A DNA stretch of 64,000 nucleotides. Origin: Eubacteriales bacterium (GTDB lineage: Bacteria; Bacillota; Clostridia; Oscillospirales; CAG-272). The first letter of the stretch is position 1. The number at the start of each line of letters is the position of its first letter. Both the position numbers and the translations under genes were made by a program. Of the stretch, positions 59,732 through 64,000 are shown one piece after another. Where the stretch lies: positions 1,416 through 65,415 of the forward strand of contig JAZNCH010000065.1 of assembly GCA_045587445.1 (NCBI GenBank). The letters run 5' to 3'. A model generated the notes under the pieces. That model saw nothing but the letters and a program-made list of their open reading frames with translations, searched no databases and was not told where the DNA came from.

Positions 59732-62137
59732 ATGAAATATAATTTTTCCGAAACAGAGAAGAAATGGCAAAAGAAATGGGAAGATGAAAAGATTTTTCTT
59801 GCCGATGATTCGGACAAAACAAAGAAAAAATTCTATGGTTTGGTAGAATTCCCTTATCCCAGCGGTGCAGGAATGCACGTTGGACATATCAAAGCATATT
59901 CAGGTCTTGAAGTTATTTCAAGAAAGAGAAGAATGGAAGGCTACAACGTACTCTTCCCTATCGGATTTGACGCGTTTGGTTTGCCTACCGAAAACTATGC
60001 GATAAAGACAGGTATACATCCCAGAAAGGTTACCGACGATAATATCGTAAGATTTACAGATCAGCTTAAGAGAGTAGGTTTTTCTTTTGACTGGTCAAGA
60101 ACCGTTGATACGACACAAGAGGATTACTATAAGTGGACACAGTGGATATTCCTCAAGATGTTTGAAAACGGACTCGTTTTCAGAGATACGGCGCTTGTAA
60201 ACTACTGCCCTCACTGTAAGGTTGTACTTTCAAACGAAGACTCACAGGGAGGCAAGTGCGATATTTGCCATACCGACATTGTACAGAAATCAAAGGATGT
60301 TTGGTATCTTCGTATTACCGAATATGCAGACAAGCTTCTCCAAGGGCTTGAAGAGGTTGACTATCTTCCAAACATCAAGATGCAACAGGTTAACTGGATA
60401 GGAAAATCTACAGGTGCTTTCGTTAATTTTAAGATTACCGATAAAGAAGATATGCTCCGTATATATACGACACGTCCCGATACACTTTTCGGCGTTACCT
60501 TTATGGTTATTGCCCCCGAGCATCCGATAATTGAAAAATACAGAGCTTCAATTAAGAATATCGCTGACCTTGACGCATATAAAGAAGAATGTGCAAAGAA
60601 GACAGAATTTGAGCGTACACAGCTTGTAAAAGAAAAGACAGGCGTACGTATTGACGGACTTTCTGCAATTAACCCCATTAACAACAAAGAAATTCCGATA
60701 TATATTTCCGACTACGTTATGATGGGCTACGGAACAGGTGCTATCATGGCAGTTCCCGCACACGACGAAAGAGACTACGACTTTGCTAAGAAGTTTGGTA
60801 TAGATATTATTGAGGTAATAAAGGGCGGAAACATTGAAGAAGCGGCTTACGCAGGCGACGGCGAAATGGTTAACTCCGAATTTCTCAACGGTTATACCAA
60901 TAAGAAAGATTCTATTGCAAAGGTTCTTGAATACTTAGAAGAAAAAGGCATAGGCGAAAAGGGCGTACAGTACAAGATGAAGGACTGGGCGTTTAACCGC
61001 CAGAGATATTGGGGAGAACCTATCCCGATAGTTCACTGCCCCGTATGCGGAATGGTTCCCGTACCTTACGACGAACTTCCTTTGAAGCTTCCCGAAGTTT
61101 CCAACTTTGAGCCCGGAGAAGGCGGCGAATCGCCCCTCGCGAAGATAGATTCTTTTGTAAACTGTACTTGTCCAAAGTGCGGTGCACCCGCAAAGAGAGA
61201 GACAGATACAATGCCTCAGTGGGCAGGTTCATCTTGGTACTTCCTCCGTTACATCGACCCCAAAAACGATAAGGCATTTGCTGATAAAGAAAAGCTCGAA
61301 TACTGGATGCCTGTTGACTGGTACAACGGCGGTATGGAACACGTAACAAGACATATGATTTACTCAAGATTCTGGCATCAGTTCCTTTACGATATTGGAG
61401 CTGTTCCTATGGCAGAACCTTATGCCAAGAGAACGGCTCAGGGACTTATTCTCGGTCCTGACGGCGACAAAATGAGTAAATCCAAAGGCAACGTAGTTGA
61501 CCCCAACAACGTTGTTGACGAATACGGTGCAGACGTTCTCCGTGTATACATTTTGTTTATGGGCGACTATTCAAGCGCAGCACCTTGGTCTGAAAACAGC
61601 GTAAAGGGCTGTAAGAGATTCCTTGACAGAGTTGCGGCAATGACCGACCTCATTAAAGGAGACGGTGTTACAAAGGAACTTGAAAGTGCTTTCCATAAGA
61701 CGATAAAGAAAGTTACAAGCGACATTGAAGAGCTTAAGTTCAATACGGCTATAGCCGCTATGATGACCTTGACTAACGAAATTTATGACAAGGGCAGTCT
61801 TACAAAAGACGAGATGATGACTTTTGTTAAGCTTCTCTGCCCCTTTGCTCCTCATATCTGTGAAGAGATTTGGGAATCGCTCGGTGGTAACGGCTTCTGC
61901 TCATTGGCTGAATGGCCCGCATACGATGAAGCGAAGACAATTGACAGTACGGTTGAGATTGCGGTACAGATAAACGGTAAGCTGCGCGGTACGATAATGA
62001 TCCCTGCTGACATATCAAAGGAAGATGCTCTTGAGACGGTTAAGAACGACGAGAGAATCAGGCCGTTTATTGAAGGTAAAACGGTAATAAAAGAGATATT
62101 TGTACCCAAAAAGCTTGTTAACTTGGTTGTTAAATAA
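59732..62137 (+). CDS. leuS: Leucine--tRNA ligase
   Basis: FPYPSG..HVGH, TTRPDT, GTGAIMAVPAHD, RQRYWG, KMSKS. Confidence 0.98.
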   Translation: MKYNFSETEKKWQKKWEDEKIFLADDSDKTKKKFYGLVEFPYPSGAGMHVGHIKAYSGLEVISRKRRMEGYNVLFPIGFDAFGLPTENYAIKTGIHPRKVTDDNIVRFTDQLKRVGFSFDWSRTVDTTQEDYYKWTQWIFLKMFENGLVFRDTALVNYCPHCKVVLSNEDSQGGKCDICHTDIVQKSKDVWYLRITEYADKLLQGLEEVDYLPNIKMQQVNWIGKSTGAFVNFKITDKEDMLRIYTTRPDTLFGVTFMVIAPEHPIIEKYRASIKNIADLDAYKEECAKKTEFERTQLVKEKTGVRIDGLSAINPINNKEIPIYISDYVMMGYGTGAIMAVPAHDERDYDFAKKFGIDIIEVIKGGNIEEAAYAGDGEMVNSEFLNGYTNKKDSIAKVLEYLEEKGIGEKGVQYKMKDWAFNRQRYWGEPIPIVHCPVCGMVPVPYDELPLKLPEVSNFEPGEGGESPLAKIDSFVNCTCPKCGAPAKRETDTMPQWAGSSWYFLRYIDPKNDKAFADKEKLEYWMPVDWYNGGMEHVTRHMIYSRFWHQFLYDIGAVPMAEPYAKRTAQGLILGPDGDKMSKSKGNVVDPNNVVDEYGADVLRVYILFMGDYSSAAPWSENSVKGCKRFLDRVAAMTDLIKGDGVTKELESAFHKTIKKVTSDIEELKFNTAIAAMMTLTNEIYDKGSLTKDEMMTFVKLLCPFAPHICEEIWESLGGNGFCSLAEWPAYDEAKTIDSTVEIAVQINGKLRGTIMIPADISKEDALETVKNDERIRPFIEGKTVIKEIFVPKKLVNLVVK

Positions 62138-62263
62138 GCAAAAGTTCAAATTTTTGCAAAAAAAATGCTAAAAAAATATTGACATATTAAAGGCAAAAGA
62201 GTATAATATTCTTTAAGAATGGTAACATTCTCTTTTCCATAGTATGGAGGGAGGGAAAACAAA

Positions 62264-62440
62264 ATGGCAGAAATTAAAGTCAAAGAAAATGAATCTCTTG
62301 ACAGTGCTCTTCGTAGATTTAAGAGACAGTGTGCTAAGTCCGGCGTTCTTGCTGAACTCCGCAAGAGAGAGCATTATGAAAAGCCCAGCGTAAAACGCAA
62401 GAAGAAATCCGAAGCGGCACGTAAGCGCAAGTTCAAGTAA
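62264..62440 (+). CDS. rpsU: 30S ribosomal protein S21 (58 aa, below the ORF-track cutoff)
   Basis: [58 protein letters not shown]; TTGACA-N17-TATAAT promoter at 62179-62207. Confidence 0.96.
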   Translation: MAEIKVKENESLDSALRRFKRQCAKSGVLAELRKREHYEKPSVKRKKKSEAARKRKFK

Positions 62441-62586
62441 TTTTCATTACAGAAGATCGTTTTATTTTGAACAATCTAAAACCCTTTTAGGCAATAGCCT
62501 GAAAGGGTTTTTAAATTTGTAAAGAATATATACAAACTAAATATTTAACGTAATATATAGAAACAAAGAGATTAATACTTAATTTT

Positions 62587-62878
62587 TTCTCTCCCTCCGT
62601 CATGCTTCGCGTGCCCCCTCCCTCCTCAGATGGAGGTTAAACAAAGTCCGTGCTATTTTTCAAGTAAGTGCAGTAAGGTAATGATTGTTTTAATATTATC
62701 AAAGAGGTCTCCCCATTTAACCTCTCTGTGTGCGTTTTTTATAAACAAGGAAATCTCTGTACAGAAATATTAAACACGCAGACACTTCGTCTTACCTCCA
62801 TCTGAGGAGGGAGGGGCTCGGCAATCTAATACAAATTATAGAATGTAAATAATATTTGCCGAGACGGAGGGAGAGAAA
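62587..62878. repeat. Inverted pair of CCTCCATCTGAGGAGGGAGG REP-like units
   Basis: 62587-62640 and 62795-62878; same family at 14458-14660 and 33331-33359. Confidence 0.8.
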
Positions 62879-63002
62879 AACTTTATGTTTTGCTATCTAT
62901 ATATTATCAAATTTCCAATAAAGTTGAAAATCAGTTGCAAAATTATTTGTGTTGTGATATACTGATTTATAGTATGTCATTTTGATGTAAGAGGTGGAAA
63001 TA

Positions 63003-64000
63003 ATGCTTTCAACAGTATTTTCGTCAGGCGTAATGGGCATTGACGGCTTTGAAGTAACAGTTGAATGTAATATGCAAGATAAACTTCCCTGCTTTGAAAT
63101 AGTAGGACTTCCCGATGCCGCAGTAAAAGAAGCCGAAAAGCGAATTCAAGCGGCTTTGGAAAACAGTGGATTTATGTTTCCCGACTCGGCAATAGTAATA
63201 AATCTTGCCCCCGCAGATATGAAAAAAGAAGGCTCTACGTTTGATATGGCACTGCTCACCGCTATTTTGCATAGCAGCGGTACAATCAAGAAATCCACCG
63301 ACCTTTCGGATAAATGCTTTATCGGCGAAATGTCAATGTCAGGTAATTTCAGAAGTGTCAGAGGCGTTTTGTCGATGGCTTTGTGTGCAAAGAATAGGGG
63401 CAGAAAAGAAATTTACGTACCTTACGACAACGCTAAGGAAGCATCTGTCGTATCGGGCATAAAAGCGTACCCCGTACGCAACATAAGAGAACTCGTTGAG
63501 CATTTAAACGGCAAAACAGTAATATCCCCCATCGAATTTGACAAGGATATTTTTGAAAGACAAAGAGCAAACACAAAAATGGATTTTGCCGACGTCAAGG
63601 GACAGGAAAAGGCAAAAAGAGCACTTGAAATTGCGGCTGCGGGAAACCATAACGTTTTGCTTATAGGTCCTCCCGGAACCGGAAAAAGTATGCTGGCAAA
63701 GCGTATTCCGTCTATCTTACCGAAAATAACCTTTGACGAAGCGGTTGAATCAACCAAAATTCATTCTATCGCGGGAACGCTCCCCTCCGATTCGCTTATC
63801 GTCGAAAGACCGTTCCGTTCCCCCCACCACACCATGTCATCGGTAGCACTTTCGGGCGGCGGAAGAATACCTATGCCGGGTGAACTTTCATTGGCTCATA
63901 ACGGCATACTGTTTCTCGACGAATTACCCGAATTTAATAAGAGCGCAACGGAAGTATTGCGCCAACCGCTTGAAGACGGCAGCATCACGGTTACAAGAGC
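63003..64000 (+). CDS. comM: YifB/ComM Mg-chelatase-like AAA+ ATPase (partial)
   Basis: [48 protein letters not shown]. Confidence 0.92.
   Translation, partial: MLSTVFSSGVMGIDGFEVTVECNMQDKLPCFEIVGLPDAAVKEAEKRIQAALENSGFMFPDSAIVINLAPADMKKEGSTFDMALLTAILHSSGTIKKSTDLSDKCFIGEMSMSGNFRSVRGVLSMALCAKNRGRKEIYVPYDNAKEASVVSGIKAYPVRNIRELVEHLNGKTVISPIEFDKDIFERQRANTKMDFADVKGQEKAKRALEIAAAGNHNVLLIGPPGTGKSMLAKRIPSILPKITFDEAVESTKIHSIAGTLPSDSLIVERPFRSPHHTMSSVALSGGGRIPMPGELSLAHNGILFLDELPEFNKSATEVLRQPLEDGSITVTR

Overview
Low-GC Firmicute (Clostridia-like; the assignment is inferred from gene content and codon style) chromosomal window made up mostly of core genes: PPi-dependent Pfk, serC-serA, fhs, tsaE-tsaB-rpiB, rpsO-pnp, a Cys T-box-controlled cysE-cysS, purE-F-N-H, infC-rpmI-rplT, dprA-topA-trmFO-plsX-rnc, smc-ftsY, nadD-yqeK-LCP-LCP-rsfS-leuS, rpsU and a partial comM. 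There are two tRNAs (Pro-CGG, Arg-CCG) and three envelope-sensing modules (PadR-DUF1700-DUF4097, BlaI-BlaR1-like, ECF sigma/anti-sigma). I found no transposase, integrase, phage gene or CRISPR array. The unusual signals are intergenic. (1) An unannotated 40-aa ORF with 9 Cys, with a consensus promoter, RBS and terminator, lies directly upstream of purE. (2) A divergent pair of promoter-and-terminator-bounded RNAs lies next to tRNA-Pro: a ~415-nt purine-rich RNA carrying chained micro-ORFs, and a ~115-nt RNA with an anti-SD/anti-AUG tract. (3) A tRNA-Arg-derived mini-element has inverted and direct copies of the tRNA 3' end. (4) cysE has a duplicated, in-frame alternative C-terminus. (5) At least four REP-like palindrome families are dispersed through the window. 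All calls were made by eye; no database searches or folding programs were run.
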